Source: Acidobacteriota bacterium
Lineage (GTDB): Bacteria > Acidobacteriota > CAIWXX01
Direction: 5' to 3'
DNA length: 64,000 nucleotides
Assembly (NCBI GenBank): GCA_040755995.1
Contig: JBFMAF010000036.1
Location: 224,001-288,000, forward strand
Below, piece after piece: positions 36,285-46,136 of this stretch. Within the stretch, counting starts at the first letter, position 1. The number at the start of each line of letters is the position of its first letter. Below the pieces are notes generated by a model. That model made no database searches, was not told where the DNA came from, and saw only the letters and a program-made list of their open reading frames with translations. The position numbers and the translations under genes are program-made.

Positions 36285-38002
36285 TACTGCAGTCGGACTA
36301 CGGGTTCCTCCACCATCAAGTGTTTGCGCACCTTGAGGTCGAAGACGCTCGCCGTGAGCCAGCGGTCCTCATTCACCGCGAACTCGATCTCCAGACGCGC
36401 CGCGCGCTCGCGCGGGTGGTGAGGCGGTTCGAGGTAGCCCATGGTCGGGTTGGCCTCGTTGAGCGGCACGATCACAGTCTTCTGCTTCTGCTCGCCTCCG
36501 ACCGTGTGCAACCTGCCGGACTGGTCCCAGACGAACCGCCTGTGGTCGTCGTGCGCCCGGCCCATCTCACAGATGACCAGCTTGTAGATCCTCTCGGGCT
36601 CGCCCAGCGGGCATGTGGGCGTGACGTGCCGTCTCCAGACGGGCTCCGCCGTGGGGATACGTGTTCCCTGCGGGACGATGATCTGGTACTCGGGTTCGTG
36701 AGTCTTCCGGTCGTAGGTCACGAAGGCGTAGTCATGCAGGATAACGTCGGTCGGCTCGATCGCCCCCGCGGCGAAGATGCAGCCGCCGAACGCCACGGCT
36801 TCGAAAGGCTGCCACGCCCTCATGCGGTCGCGGCCGAATCGCGCCGCGATGCGCGAATAGACCTCCGGCAGCAAGGTCGACCCGCCTACCATGATGACAT
36901 CCTCGACATCCTCGCTCTTGACGCCCTGCGCGGCGGCCTGTTCGATGACCCGGTCGACAACCGTGTCGATCGCGCGATAGAGGCCGTTGCGCGTGAGCAG
37001 CTCGGTCAGATCCTCGCGCGTGAAGTCGACCTCGGCGCGCGCATCGCACGCTGCGTCGAGTCTTCTCATGTCCTCCGGTGGGATCACGAGGAACCGCTCC
37101 TGCGGCCGCGTGTAGAGCGATTCCTTCACGCGGCATGCCTCGCGCGTCAGCGCCTGGTACCACCATTCCATCCGAGACGCCTGCGAGCCGGGGGCCCCCG
37201 GCGCGATCGCGTTCCGCAGATCGTATCCGAGCTTGTTGCAGAAGCCCTCGACGAGCCACGCGTCCACCAGGTTCCCGCCCATGGGGATGCCCTCTTTGGC
37301 GATGACACGGCAGGAGCCGGAGCTGAGCGAGTCCCGGTCCAGCTCGATGACGGCGGCGTCGAACGTGCCTCCTCCGAAGTTGATCGCCAGCACGGTCGAA
37401 GGATCGCCCCGCCCGACGCCGTAGCCGAGGGCGGCCGCCACCGGCTCGTCCAGAGTGCGGAATCGGCGAATGCCGAGCCGCTCGGCGATCGCCTTGAGCT
37501 CTGCGCGGTACGGCTCGTAGCTGTCTACAGGCGTAGTAAATACGACTTCCCGCGGGCGCTCCTTCGTCGCCGCCGTCACGGCCGCCAGGAGCTCGCGCAT
37601 GAAGGCGGCTGCGGTCTGGCGCGTGGTGACGGGGCGGCGGCGGGCGCGCGCGAGCACCCGAAGGCTCTCGCGCCCGAGGTACGGTTTGAATACAGGCACG
37701 AATCCCGTGGCGGACCTCGACACCCAGTGGTCGATGGCCGGCTGTCCGATGATCGCCTGCTTGCCGATGAAGAAGCGCTTCAGCAGAAGCGGGTGCGAGC
37801 CGAGGCGGTCGCGGAAGCGTCTGGCCGGCGGGAAGAGGACGCACGAGGGCACGAGGCTGGGGATCTGTAGCTGCGAGGAGCTCTCGGGCAGCCTGCGGCA
37901 GATCTCGGGAAGGCTGACCATCTCGGGTTCGTCCGTCACGTCGTTCCAGCGGGCGACGAGCGAGTTGGTTGTCCCGAGGTCGATTGCCCAGAACTTCGAC
38001 AC
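36284..38002 (-). CDS. Atypical Hsp70-family protein
   Basis: AIDLGTTNS, DEPVAAALGY, NFGGGTFD, VGGSTLLP. Short, divergent substrate-binding region with no lid. Confidence 0.9.
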   Translation of the reverse strand: MSKFWAIDLGTTNSLVARWNDVTDEPEMVSLPEICRRLPESSSQLQIPSLVPSCVLFPPARRFRDRLGSHPLLLKRFFIGKQAIIGQPAIDHWVSRSATGFVPVFKPYLGRESLRVLARARRRPVTTRQTAAAFMRELLAAVTAATKERPREVVFTTPVDSYEPYRAELKAIAERLGIRRFRTLDEPVAAALGYGVGRGDPSTVLAINFGGGTFDAAVIELDRDSLSSGSCRVIAKEGIPMGGNLVDAWLVEGFCNKLGYDLRNAIAPGAPGSQASRMEWWYQALTREACRVKESLYTRPQERFLVIPPEDMRRLDAACDARAEVDFTREDLTELLTRNGLYRAIDTVVDRVIEQAAAQGVKSEDVEDVIMVGGSTLLPEVYSRIAARFGRDRMRAWQPFEAVAFGGCIFAAGAIEPTDVILHDYAFVTYDRKTHEPEYQIIVPQGTRIPTAEPVWRRHVTPTCPLGEPERIYKLVICEMGRAHDDHRRFVWDQSGRLHTVGGEQKQKTVIVPLNEANPTMGYLEPPHHPRERAARLEIEFAVNEDRWLTASVFDLKVRKHLMVEEPVVRLQ

Positions 38003-38229
38003 TATCGACTCCTACGGCGAGCGAGCGTGACGCCGTGCCGTGCCTTGGCTGTACATCGCCTCAAAGTAAGCCACCGAAGCGGCCTCTTGTCAAATCGCCC
38101 GGATGGGGTGAGAATCCGGTGTCATGCAGCCCAGTAGAGGTGGGTGCCGGCCGCGGGCGGCAGGCGGATAGACAGGCGATGCCGGAAGTCGAAGCAGCCC
38201 GATCGCAAAACGAGAATCGGACCCTGGCG

Positions 38230-39996
38230 ATGAGGGGGCGCGTGATCGGAGGGAGCCTCTTCGTGTTTGCCCTGTTTGTCCGGATCATCTACCTCGTTCA
38301 ACTCCGTGCCTCGCCTCTCTTCGACTCTCCGATCATGGACCCGCTCTATCACCACGAGTGGGCCATGAAGCTGGCCGGTGGGGATTGGCTCGGTCATGCG
38401 GCGTTCTTTCGCGCTCCTCTGTATCCCTACCTGCTGGGGCTGCTCTACGCCCTATTCGGCCAGAGCTTCCTGATTCCACGACTGCTGCAGTTCGTGATGG
38501 GCGCGGCGAGCTGTGTGCTGGTCTGGAAGATAGGCTCCAGGATCTTCAACCCGCAAGTTGGAGTGATCTCCGGCCTTGTGGCGTGTCTCTACGGGCCGTC
38601 CATCTACTTCGAAGGCGAGCTTCTGCTGGAGCCGTTCGCCACGCTGCTGAGCCTTTCGAGCGTCTTGCTTCTCATCGACAGGCGCTACCTCTGGGCAGGC
38701 ATCGTGCTTGGCCTCTCAGCGATCACTCGCCCGAACGTGCTCCTGTTCGCCGCACTTGTACCCCTGCTGGCGTATTTCTTCGAATCGAGCCGTGTTGCGA
38801 AGAGGAGGACTCCTGCGTGGCATATGTTGCTGCCCTGGGTGGGAGTAGTCCTGATCGTGGCACCGGTCACGATCAGGAACTGGGTGCTGAGCAAGGACCT
38901 GGTTCTTGTCGCGTGGCAAGGAGGCGTCAATTTCCATATCGGCAACAACCCGCGTTCCGACTGCATGACGGCAGTGGTGCCCGGCACGAGCGCGTCCTGG
39001 TGGGGAGGCTACTACGACACGATCAGGATAGCGGAAACGGAGACAGGGAGAAGGCTCAAGCCGTCGGAGGTCTCGGACTTCTGGTTCGGGAAATCGCTCG
39101 ATTTCATCCGAAAAGACCCCATTCTCTGGTTGAAGCTGATGTTGAAGAAGACCTGGCTCTTCTGGCAAGGGTGGGAGATATCGAACAACCAGGACATCTA
39201 CTACTTCTCGTCAAAGTACTCACACTTGCTCGGGATGCTGATCTGGGGTAGAGGCATCGGTTTCCCCTTCGGACTGGTCTCTCCGCTGGCGCTCTGTGGG
39301 CTCATCGTCGCCCTCGGAGAATGGCGGAGGCACGCGTTCACAATCGGGTTCATTCTTCTTTACGCATTCTCATTCATCCTCTTCTTTGTCTGCTCGAGAT
39401 TCCGCATGCCGGTTATTCCCTTGCTCATCATCTATGCAGCTTTCTTCTGCACATGGCTGTGGGAGAGGAGGCATGAGAGGGTGCTCCTTCTTTGGGTCCC
39501 GGGTCTGCTTCTGCTGGCCCTGCTTTTGAACTGGAACTTCGCTCATCATCATGGAACCGACTACGCCAACTCGGACTATATTGTCGGCAGCGGCTGCATG
39601 AAGAAGGGCAGGTATGCCGAGGCGCTGGAGTATCTGCAGAAGGCCGTCGAGGAGAACCCGAAGCTGGCCGAGGCGTACCTCAACATCGGGAATATCCACG
39701 TTCGCCTGGGACAAGATGAGAAGGCATTTGATGCGTACAGGAGCGCCGTCCGATCGGATGCGAGATTCGGCAGAGCCTATTTCAATACCGGTTCGCTGCA
39801 CCTCAAGCGCCGGGAGTACGAGGAGGCGGTCAAGAGCTACCTCGATGCGATTCGACTCGAACCCACATACGAACCATCCTATCGCCATGCCAGTCTGGCC
39901 TACGCTGGCATGGGCGATACGGACAGAGCAGCGGCGATGTCACGCCTGGCGGATGAAATCCACCGGCGAGAGCTCAGCGCGCTCCAGCCCTATTGA
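38230..39996 (+). CDS. GT-C fold (ArnT/PMT-like) membrane glycosyltransferase with C-terminal TPR repeats
   Basis: Multi-TM body with MDPLYH, APLYPY, RPN and RFRMP motifs; TPR helices at the C-terminus. Start could be 38179. Confidence 0.82.
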   Translation: MRGRVIGGSLFVFALFVRIIYLVQLRASPLFDSPIMDPLYHHEWAMKLAGGDWLGHAAFFRAPLYPYLLGLLYALFGQSFLIPRLLQFVMGAASCVLVWKIGSRIFNPQVGVISGLVACLYGPSIYFEGELLLEPFATLLSLSSVLLLIDRRYLWAGIVLGLSAITRPNVLLFAALVPLLAYFFESSRVAKRRTPAWHMLLPWVGVVLIVAPVTIRNWVLSKDLVLVAWQGGVNFHIGNNPRSDCMTAVVPGTSASWWGGYYDTIRIAETETGRRLKPSEVSDFWFGKSLDFIRKDPILWLKLMLKKTWLFWQGWEISNNQDIYYFSSKYSHLLGMLIWGRGIGFPFGLVSPLALCGLIVALGEWRRHAFTIGFILLYAFSFILFFVCSRFRMPVIPLLIIYAAFFCTWLWERRHERVLLLWVPGLLLLALLLNWNFAHHHGTDYANSDYIVGSGCMKKGRYAEALEYLQKAVEENPKLAEAYLNIGNIHVRLGQDEKAFDAYRSAVRSDARFGRAYFNTGSLHLKRREYEEAVKSYLDAIRLEPTYEPSYRHASLAYAGMGDTDRAAAMSRLADEIHRRELSALQPY

Positions 39997-40182
39997 CGGC
40001 GAAGCGGGCAAGGCCCGGAGGAAGGGCGGCACAAGCGGGCGCCCATCAGTCAGCGCCAGTATCGCCCCCTCCGGCGCTCCTCGATCCGTAGCCGCGGATA
40101 GGTGGTCCACGTCCGTGAACAGATGGAACGCGGCGGCACGCCATTGACTCGGCCTCGCAGCAACGGATAGAGTCGCCCGGCC

Positions 40183-40497
40183 ATGAAGGCGCTGAAGATC
40201 GTTCTGCTTCTGGGCGGCGGCTGGATTGCCTGCCTGATCACGGGGTTCGTGCTCACTGGGATTTGCGCAGGTGTTACCGAGCGCTGGGGAGCCGCCAGAA
40301 CCGGAACGGCGATGATGTGGTTTCTCCTCGCCGATGCTGCTTTGTTCGCGATCAGCGCGATCCTCGTCTACGTCTTCCTGGGGCGGTGGCTGGCTCCCGG
40401 GAGCGGCCGTGTGCTCTTTGTCGTTGGATACGCGGCAGGCCTCGCTGTCATTTGGCTCCTCGTCGCCTTCATGAGCGCCGTCGCGCTCAACCGCTGA
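40183..40497 (+). CDS. Small three-TM hypothetical membrane protein
   Basis: 104 aa with three hydrophobic segments, occupying an otherwise empty gap. Confidence 0.7.
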   Translation: MKALKIVLLLGGGWIACLITGFVLTGICAGVTERWGAARTGTAMMWFLLADAALFAISAILVYVFLGRWLAPGSGRVLFVVGYAAGLAVIWLLVAFMSAVALNR

Positions 40498-40531
40498 AAC
40501 GCAAGCGCGACTTGCGCGCGCGTGTCTTCCG

Positions 40532-40903
40532 TCACGAAGGCTCGACGTTCACGCGGTCTCCGTGGCTCTTCGGACATGAAATCACGATGAAGATCGTGTC
40601 GGCGCCAGACTCGTTGCGGAACTGGTGAGGCAGACCGGGCGGGACCTCGACGCCCTCCCCCTTCTTCAGCCGGACCTGCTCGTCGCCGATCACCATCGCG
40701 GCCTCACCATCGAGGATGTAGAAGAACTGCCGGGACATGCTGTGATAGTGCTTCACCTCGCGCCTGCCCGGCGGCACGCGCTCCTGAATCACGCTGAGCT
40801 CGTCCCTCTTCAGAAGGTGCCATCCCTCGCAGTCCCCGCCCCACACGTAGTGTTCCGCGCTCGATATCGATACGGGGGCCGCGTGTGCCGAACCGTCCAG
40901 CAT
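40532..40903 (-). CDS. Cupin domain protein
   Basis: HYH...QFFYILDG and VPPGLPHQFRN; GGAGG RBS. Confidence 0.9.
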   Translation of the reverse strand: MLDGSAHAAPVSISSAEHYVWGGDCEGWHLLKRDELSVIQERVPPGRREVKHYHSMSRQFFYILDGEAAMVIGDEQVRLKKGEGVEVPPGLPHQFRNESGADTIFIVISCPKSHGDRVNVEPS

Positions 40904-40906
40904 AGA

Positions 40907-42286
40907 TCATCCTCCTTGGGGCTCCTTCTCCACTCTGTCCGCGACGCTCAACGCCCCAGCGGGCGCGTCGCCGGCGACGCTCAGCGCGCCGGATGTCGCG
41001 GCCTGCTCGGCCATCGAGACCCAACCGCGCTCGACCGATCCCAGCCGGGCCTGGATCGCCGCGACCGCCTGGCGCGCGGCAGCACGCACGCGGGGCGGAC
41101 TTCCCTTCTCGATCTCCATCAGCTCCGTCACATCCGCCGCCACCCCGCGCTCCCCCAGCGACTCGATCGCCGCGAGCCTCACGGCCGTCTCGTTGTCGCG
41201 GAGGACCTCCAGGAGCGTCTCGTGTGCCCGTGGGTCATCGAACCGTCCGATTGCCCGCGCCGCGGCGGCCCGAAGCGCGGCTCCACGGCGGCTCCTGGTG
41301 ATCTCACAAAGCACCGGGACGCTGGCCGAGTCGCGCCACTCCGCGAGGGCTGCGACAGCCGCTATTGTGACATCGTCCTGCGCGCTGTCGAGTGTGGCGC
41401 GGATGAAGGTGAGTGTCCTGTCGCCGCCCAGTGCCTTCAGCGCGCGAACGGCCTGGATCGCATGGGGCGTGGGAGCCGCCATCGCGGCGGCGGCGAGCCG
41501 CGGAATCCCGCGCTCACCGAGGGCCCCGGCAGCCGGCACGGCAATCGACCAGTCATCTTCGGATGCGGCTCTCTCCAGCGCCGTCTCGATTGACGGGGAC
41601 CGGTCCATGCGCAGAAGCAACTCCAGATTCCGGCGCCGAACTGTCGGATTGGAGTCGCCAAGCATGTTGTCGATGAGAAGCTGCTCGACGCCCTGCCAGC
41701 GCCCGAGCCTTTCGCTGAGCTCGGCGGCAGTCTGGAGCATCGCGATCAGATCGCCGGGCTCCGGAACGAGATCCGAGACATCCCGGTGCAGAGCGCCGCC
41801 GGTGATCTCCCAACCCTCGATGCCCACGAGCTGTCTCATCAGTTCGCGCGTCCTCATGTCCAGCAGGCTTATGACTGCGCCTTCGGAGTCACCGGAGATG
41901 AGGACCATGTCGTCGAATTCGCGATCCCCGGTCTGGGTGTCGTCGCCGGCGAAGACTCTCCTGTGGCCCGAGCCCCCGCCCTCGCGTGTGGCCTGGATCG
42001 CGTGCGGAATCCCGTTCGGCGGGCTGACCGTGAGGATTGTCCGCGCAACGTTGCCCTCCCAGGTCGGATGGGTGGCAAGTCCAACGCTGACACTCTGTCC
42101 TCGGACCGTCCCCGACATCTTGGGCCACCTTGTGCCATGCAGCCAGTCGGTGCCGCCGAGGATGACCAGGCCGAGGCTCCTCGCCTCCTCATCCAGCGGG
42201 CGCGCAGCCGGCCTCCTCAGGATGTTGTATGCCGCGAGAAACGCAGCGGCTACGGAAGCCAAAATGATGATGGAGGTGTCCAGCAT
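40907..42286 (-). CDS. Single-TM HEAT-repeat protein, paralog A
   Basis: N-terminal TM segment, repeats such as LRAAAARAIG and VRLAAIESLG. Start uncertain (ORF extends to 42406). Confidence 0.82.
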   Translation of the reverse strand: MLDTSIIILASVAAAFLAAYNILRRPAARPLDEEARSLGLVILGGTDWLHGTRWPKMSGTVRGQSVSVGLATHPTWEGNVARTILTVSPPNGIPHAIQATREGGGSGHRRVFAGDDTQTGDREFDDMVLISGDSEGAVISLLDMRTRELMRQLVGIEGWEITGGALHRDVSDLVPEPGDLIAMLQTAAELSERLGRWQGVEQLLIDNMLGDSNPTVRRRNLELLLRMDRSPSIETALERAASEDDWSIAVPAAGALGERGIPRLAAAAMAAPTPHAIQAVRALKALGGDRTLTFIRATLDSAQDDVTIAAVAALAEWRDSASVPVLCEITRSRRGAALRAAAARAIGRFDDPRAHETLLEVLRDNETAVRLAAIESLGERGVAADVTELMEIEKGSPPRVRAAARQAVAAIQARLGSVERGWVSMAEQAATSGALSVAGDAPAGALSVADRVEKEPQGG

Positions 42287-42448
42287 CTCGAAATCGCTCT
42301 GGCCCGATGATAGCACAGAAGCGGACATCACCCATGCATCTTGCCTCTTGCCTCGGCCATTCTGGAATCCTTGCGCCGGCTCGACGCGACCCGTCGCCTG
42401 TGACACAATAGCGCAGATATGGCCGGACGCACGGAAAGGAGCGGCGCC

Positions 42449-43090
42449 ATGCTGAGCTTCGCCGAGGAGATACTGCTGCTCGCGCTGGATAGTGAGACGG
42501 GCGAGATCAAAGAGCTTCCGTCATTCTCGCTGGACGGGGCATTGGCAAGCGCCGTGCTCCTGGAGCTCGCGTTCATGAACCGGGTGGACTACGACCAGAC
42601 GAGCCTGCGCGTCATCGACACCACCTCGACCGGCAACCTCGTCCTCGACGGCACGCTCCGCGCGCTCGACCGCCGTGGCAGCGAATGGCCCATCTCGGAC
42701 GCACTCTACTTCCTCTCGGAGCAGGCACTGGCCATACGCGAGCGGATCCTCGGACGCCTCGTGGCCTCGGGCGTTGTGAAGATGGTCGACAAGAAGGTCT
42801 TCTGGGTCTTCGGACGAACCCAGGTCCCATCGCACGACGGGCGCGAAACGAAGGAGATAGGAACACGACTGCGAGACTTGATACTCTCGGACACGATCCC
42901 GGATCCGCGCGACGCGGTGCTCGTGTCTCTCGTCGATGCCTGCGCAATGTGGGACGAGGTCTTCTCGCCCGCAGAGCTCGATCAGGTCCGCGCCAGGATC
43001 CAGACTCTCGCCCGAATGGAGCTGATGGGACGAACGCTCCGGTCGCTCCTCGTCCGCCTGAACGGCGCCGGGTTGATGCGGCGGGGCTGA
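42449..43090 (+). CDS. GPP34 (GOLPH3/Vps74-like) family protein
   Basis: MLSFAEEILLLALD, AVLLELA, RLVASGVV...KKVFWVF, PDPRDAVLVSLV; AAGGAG RBS. Confidence 0.85.
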   Translation: MLSFAEEILLLALDSETGEIKELPSFSLDGALASAVLLELAFMNRVDYDQTSLRVIDTTSTGNLVLDGTLRALDRRGSEWPISDALYFLSEQALAIRERILGRLVASGVVKMVDKKVFWVFGRTQVPSHDGRETKEIGTRLRDLILSDTIPDPRDAVLVSLVDACAMWDEVFSPAELDQVRARIQTLARMELMGRTLRSLLVRLNGAGLMRRG

Positions 43091-43161
43091 ATCGCACGGG
43101 GCCGGACTCCGGAGCCGAAACACCCCGGCGATGTGCGAGCGTGGGCGCATGCCTTGCGCCC

Positions 43162-44580
43162 CTACGAGCCAAGACCCCGCGTTTCGCGGCGCCGCGCCTT
43201 CTCCAGGCGAGGCCCCGGGGCGTCCAGGCTCAGGGATCCTTCCGGCGCCGCGGTGTCTACGCTCAAGGCGCCCTCTGTCGCCGTCTCCTCCGTCATCGAC
43301 ATCCAGCCCCGCTCCACACGCCCCAGCCGCCCCTGGATAGAGGCCACGGCCTGACGAGCCCACGCGCGCTGGCGCGACGAGCCGCTTTTCTCGATATCGA
43401 GCAGGTCGGCGACTTCCTCCGCCGCGCCGCAGCGCGCGAGCGACCGGATCGCCGCCAGCCTCACATCTTCCTCCTCGGCGTGCAGCGCCCCGACGACAGC
43501 GGCACGGGCTTGCTCGCCCTGAAAATGTCCAAGGGCCGTTGCGGCCGCAGCCCGAGTCGCGGTGCTGCGCGGGCCGCTCACGATGTCGCAGAGAGCGGCC
43601 AGGCTTACCTCATGTTTCCGTTCTCCGGCCGCCAGCGCGGCGGCGGTGACCACGCGGTCGCTCCGGTGCTCGAGCGCGTCGTGAACGACGGCCATCGCCT
43701 CATCGCTCCCGATCTCTTTCAAGGCGAGTATGGCCTTGATCGCGAGCTCCTCAGGGGCCGAGATCGTGGCGGCGGCGAGCGCCGGCAGGCCGCGCTCGCC
43801 GAGCGCTTCGGCGGCCGGGACGCTGATCGTCCAGGAGTTGCTCGACGCTGCTTTCACAAGGGCATCCTCGATTGCGGGCGTGCGCTTCAGCCGCACCAGC
43901 ATGTCGAGGTTGCGCCGTCGAACCTGAGGATTCGGTTCGCACTGCAGATTCTCGATCAACTGCTCTGCGACGTTGCCGCCGCGCCCAAGCCGTTGGCTTA
44001 GTGCGACAGCGCGCTCGACGTAGTCCACGATCTGGCTCGAGTCTGTGGCCAGGTCGGTGATGTCCTTCCGGATGCGTTTCCCCCCGATCTCCCAGCCTTC
44101 GCTCCCGATCATCTGCCTCATCAACAGGCGCGTGCCTGAGCTCATGAGGCTCACGATTGCTGCTTCGTTATTACCCGTAATGTTGATGAGGTTGTCGAAG
44201 TCGGCGTCGCACAGTTGCAGATCCTGGCCGGTGAACATCTTCTTCAGTGCAGTATCCAGGCCCTCTCTTTGCACCTGGAGCTGGTAAGGAACCCCGCCGG
44301 GCGGGCTCACGCGCAGCATGAGCCGGGTGCGGTTCCTGTCCCTCCCCAGCCGACTCTTCCGCGGCACAGCCTCGATGACGACTTCCTGGCCATGGAGGAC
44401 GCCGCGAATCTGTGGCAAGCCGTTCATGCGGGGCCACCTGGAGCCGGGCGAAGGAACGAATCCGAGCGACGCGGCCGCCTGCAACAGGACCCGTTCGATC
44501 TGGCGATGCCTCAGATAGCGATAGAGCACGGCGAGCGCCGGGATCCCCAGGCCGATCAATAGTGGGACAAAGCCTTCCAT
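43162..44580 (-). CDS. Single-TM HEAT-repeat protein, paralog B
   Basis: Shares blocks with paralog A (VRRRNL, PAAxALGERG, ARQAVAxIQxRLGxVERGWxSM, GALSV). Confidence 0.82.
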   Translation of the reverse strand: MEGFVPLLIGLGIPALAVLYRYLRHRQIERVLLQAAASLGFVPSPGSRWPRMNGLPQIRGVLHGQEVVIEAVPRKSRLGRDRNRTRLMLRVSPPGGVPYQLQVQREGLDTALKKMFTGQDLQLCDADFDNLINITGNNEAAIVSLMSSGTRLLMRQMIGSEGWEIGGKRIRKDITDLATDSSQIVDYVERAVALSQRLGRGGNVAEQLIENLQCEPNPQVRRRNLDMLVRLKRTPAIEDALVKAASSNSWTISVPAAEALGERGLPALAAATISAPEELAIKAILALKEIGSDEAMAVVHDALEHRSDRVVTAAALAAGERKHEVSLAALCDIVSGPRSTATRAAAATALGHFQGEQARAAVVGALHAEEEDVRLAAIRSLARCGAAEEVADLLDIEKSGSSRQRAWARQAVASIQGRLGRVERGWMSMTEETATEGALSVDTAAPEGSLSLDAPGPRLEKARRRETRGLGS

Positions 44581-44712
44581 CTGGCTACGGCTCCGCGATC
44601 TGCCGCAATCATAGCATACGGATTCGCCCGCACGGGAAGTGGGTCGCGCCCTCACGCCCTCACCCCCCCGCTGGTGCGAATGTGGGGTGGTCGGAGGTAT
44701 GATGGGCGCGAG

Positions 44713-45636
44713 ATGGAAGCGAATGCCCGCGGGTCCAGAGTGCCGCGGCTGCTCGGCCTCGTGATCGGCATCGCGGCGGTATCATCGGGTTCGGTGCTCG
44801 TCCGTTTCGCGCAGGCTGAGGCACCTTCTCTCATCATAGCCGCGGCAAGGCTCGCGCTGGCATCCGCCGTGGTCGTTCCACTGGCGTGGGTTGCGCACAG
44901 GCGCGAGTATCGCGCGCTGGCGCGCTCGGAATGGGCGCTGGGAGCGCTTTCCGGTCTCTTCCTCGCGTTGCACTTCGCGACATGGATCACGTCGCTGGAG
45001 CTCACGACCGTGGCGTCTTCGGTCGTTCTCGTCAGCTCGTCGCCGTTGTTCGTCGCGATCGCTGCGCGGCTGTTCTTGAAAGAGCGGATCCGGCCGGCTG
45101 TGGGCGTAGGGCTGGCAGTGGCGATTGCGGGCGGAGTGGTGGTCGGCGCGAGCGACTCGGGCGGTGTTGCGCGCGATGCCCTTCTCGGCGATGGGCTCGC
45201 GCTGCTCGGCTCGGTTGCCGTCGCGGGATACTGGCTGATAGGGCGGCGGCTCAGAACGAAGCTGTCGGTCGTGCCCTACGTCGCGGTGGCTTACGGCACG
45301 GCTGCGGCCGTACTGCTGGCGATGGCCATGTCAGCCGGGCAGCGTTTCGGCGGGTACAGCCCGCGCATCTATCTCTGGTTCGTACTGCTCGCCCTCCTGC
45401 CGCAGCTCCTCGGCCACTCCTCATTCAACTGGGCACTCGCTCATCTGCCGGCGACCCTGGTTGCCATAGCAACGCTCGGCGAGCCCATTGGCGCATCGAT
45501 TCTCGCGTATGCCGTGCTGAACGAGGTGCCCTCCGCGCTCAAGATCGCTGGTGCCTCGCTTATCCTCGCAGGCATTGTCGTCGCTTCGTGGCCGGGCCGG
45601 CCGGGCAGTGAGTGGAGAGCAGAGAGTGGAGAGTAG
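44713..45636 (+). CDS. DMT/EamA family transporter
   Basis: FLALHFATWITSL, SSVVLV, PQLLGHSSFNWAL, LGEPIGA. Confidence 0.92.
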   Translation: MEANARGSRVPRLLGLVIGIAAVSSGSVLVRFAQAEAPSLIIAAARLALASAVVVPLAWVAHRREYRALARSEWALGALSGLFLALHFATWITSLELTTVASSVVLVSSSPLFVAIAARLFLKERIRPAVGVGLAVAIAGGVVVGASDSGGVARDALLGDGLALLGSVAVAGYWLIGRRLRTKLSVVPYVAVAYGTAAAVLLAMAMSAGQRFGGYSPRIYLWFVLLALLPQLLGHSSFNWALAHLPATLVAIATLGEPIGASILAYAVLNEVPSALKIAGASLILAGIVVASWPGRPGSEWRAESGE

Positions 45637-45649
45637 AGAGTAAGAGACT
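45608..45649. repeat. Degenerate heptamer tandem array (6 units)
   Basis: GTGAGTG GAGAGCA GAGAGTG GAGAGTA GAGAGTA AGAGACT, spanning the DMT stop codon. Confidence 0.65.
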
Positions 45650-45863
45650 TGGGGCCGTGCGAGTTTGAGGACGAGGTCGACGAGGCAATCCCCGGATCGG
45701 TTCGAGGGGATGTAAAGAAGAAAAAGAAACGGTGACCCCCACCTTCGAAGTGTGGTATGCGTTCACCATGACAAGCAGCAACAGGGGGCATTGCTGTGAC
45801 AGGTGGTTTCACCAAATCCAACTTAATGAGAGCCGAGATTAGAGAGCAGAGGAAGGGGGCGCG

Positions 45864-46136
45864 ATGGTAGATCGGTTCCGCAGGTTGAATGCATGGGGAC
45901 AGAGCGCAATCATACTCGTTACGCTCGCGGTAGTGGCCGGCTGCTACATCGGTGGCCGGCGGCTTCTGTCGCAGGCGTCGCAGTTTCCTGCTCCAGACCA
46001 GGACGCGGCCAAGGGTGGGCCGCCGCACTCGGTGGAGATCACGAGCGCGGCCTGGGTGCCAACGTGGTTCGCTGACACCACCACGTTCACCGGAGACGTG
46101 GTGGCCAGGGCCGATCATGGGGCGGAATGTACGTAG
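45864..46136 (+). CDS. Signal/TM-bearing ORF, probably the frameshifted N-terminus of the Rhs protein
   Basis: Good RBS and a hydrophobic segment (AIILVTLAVVAGCYIGG). Overlaps the Rhs ORF by 10 nt in another frame, and the Rhs ORF has no signal peptide of its own. Confidence 0.6.
   Translation: MVDRFRRLNAWGQSAIILVTLAVVAGCYIGGRRLLSQASQFPAPDQDAAKGGPPHSVEITSAAWVPTWFADTTTFTGDVVARADHGAECT

Noticed and set aside
36221..37870. 549-aa plus-strand ORF opposite the Hsp70 gene
   Set aside because: Antisense shadow of an Hsp70-family gene with no independent coding evidence.
34645..39996. EamA, Lrp, Hsp70 and GT-C genes as part of the NRPS cluster
   Set aside because: They lie beyond the TA remnant, lrp-eamA has its own promoter, and nothing links them to the cluster.
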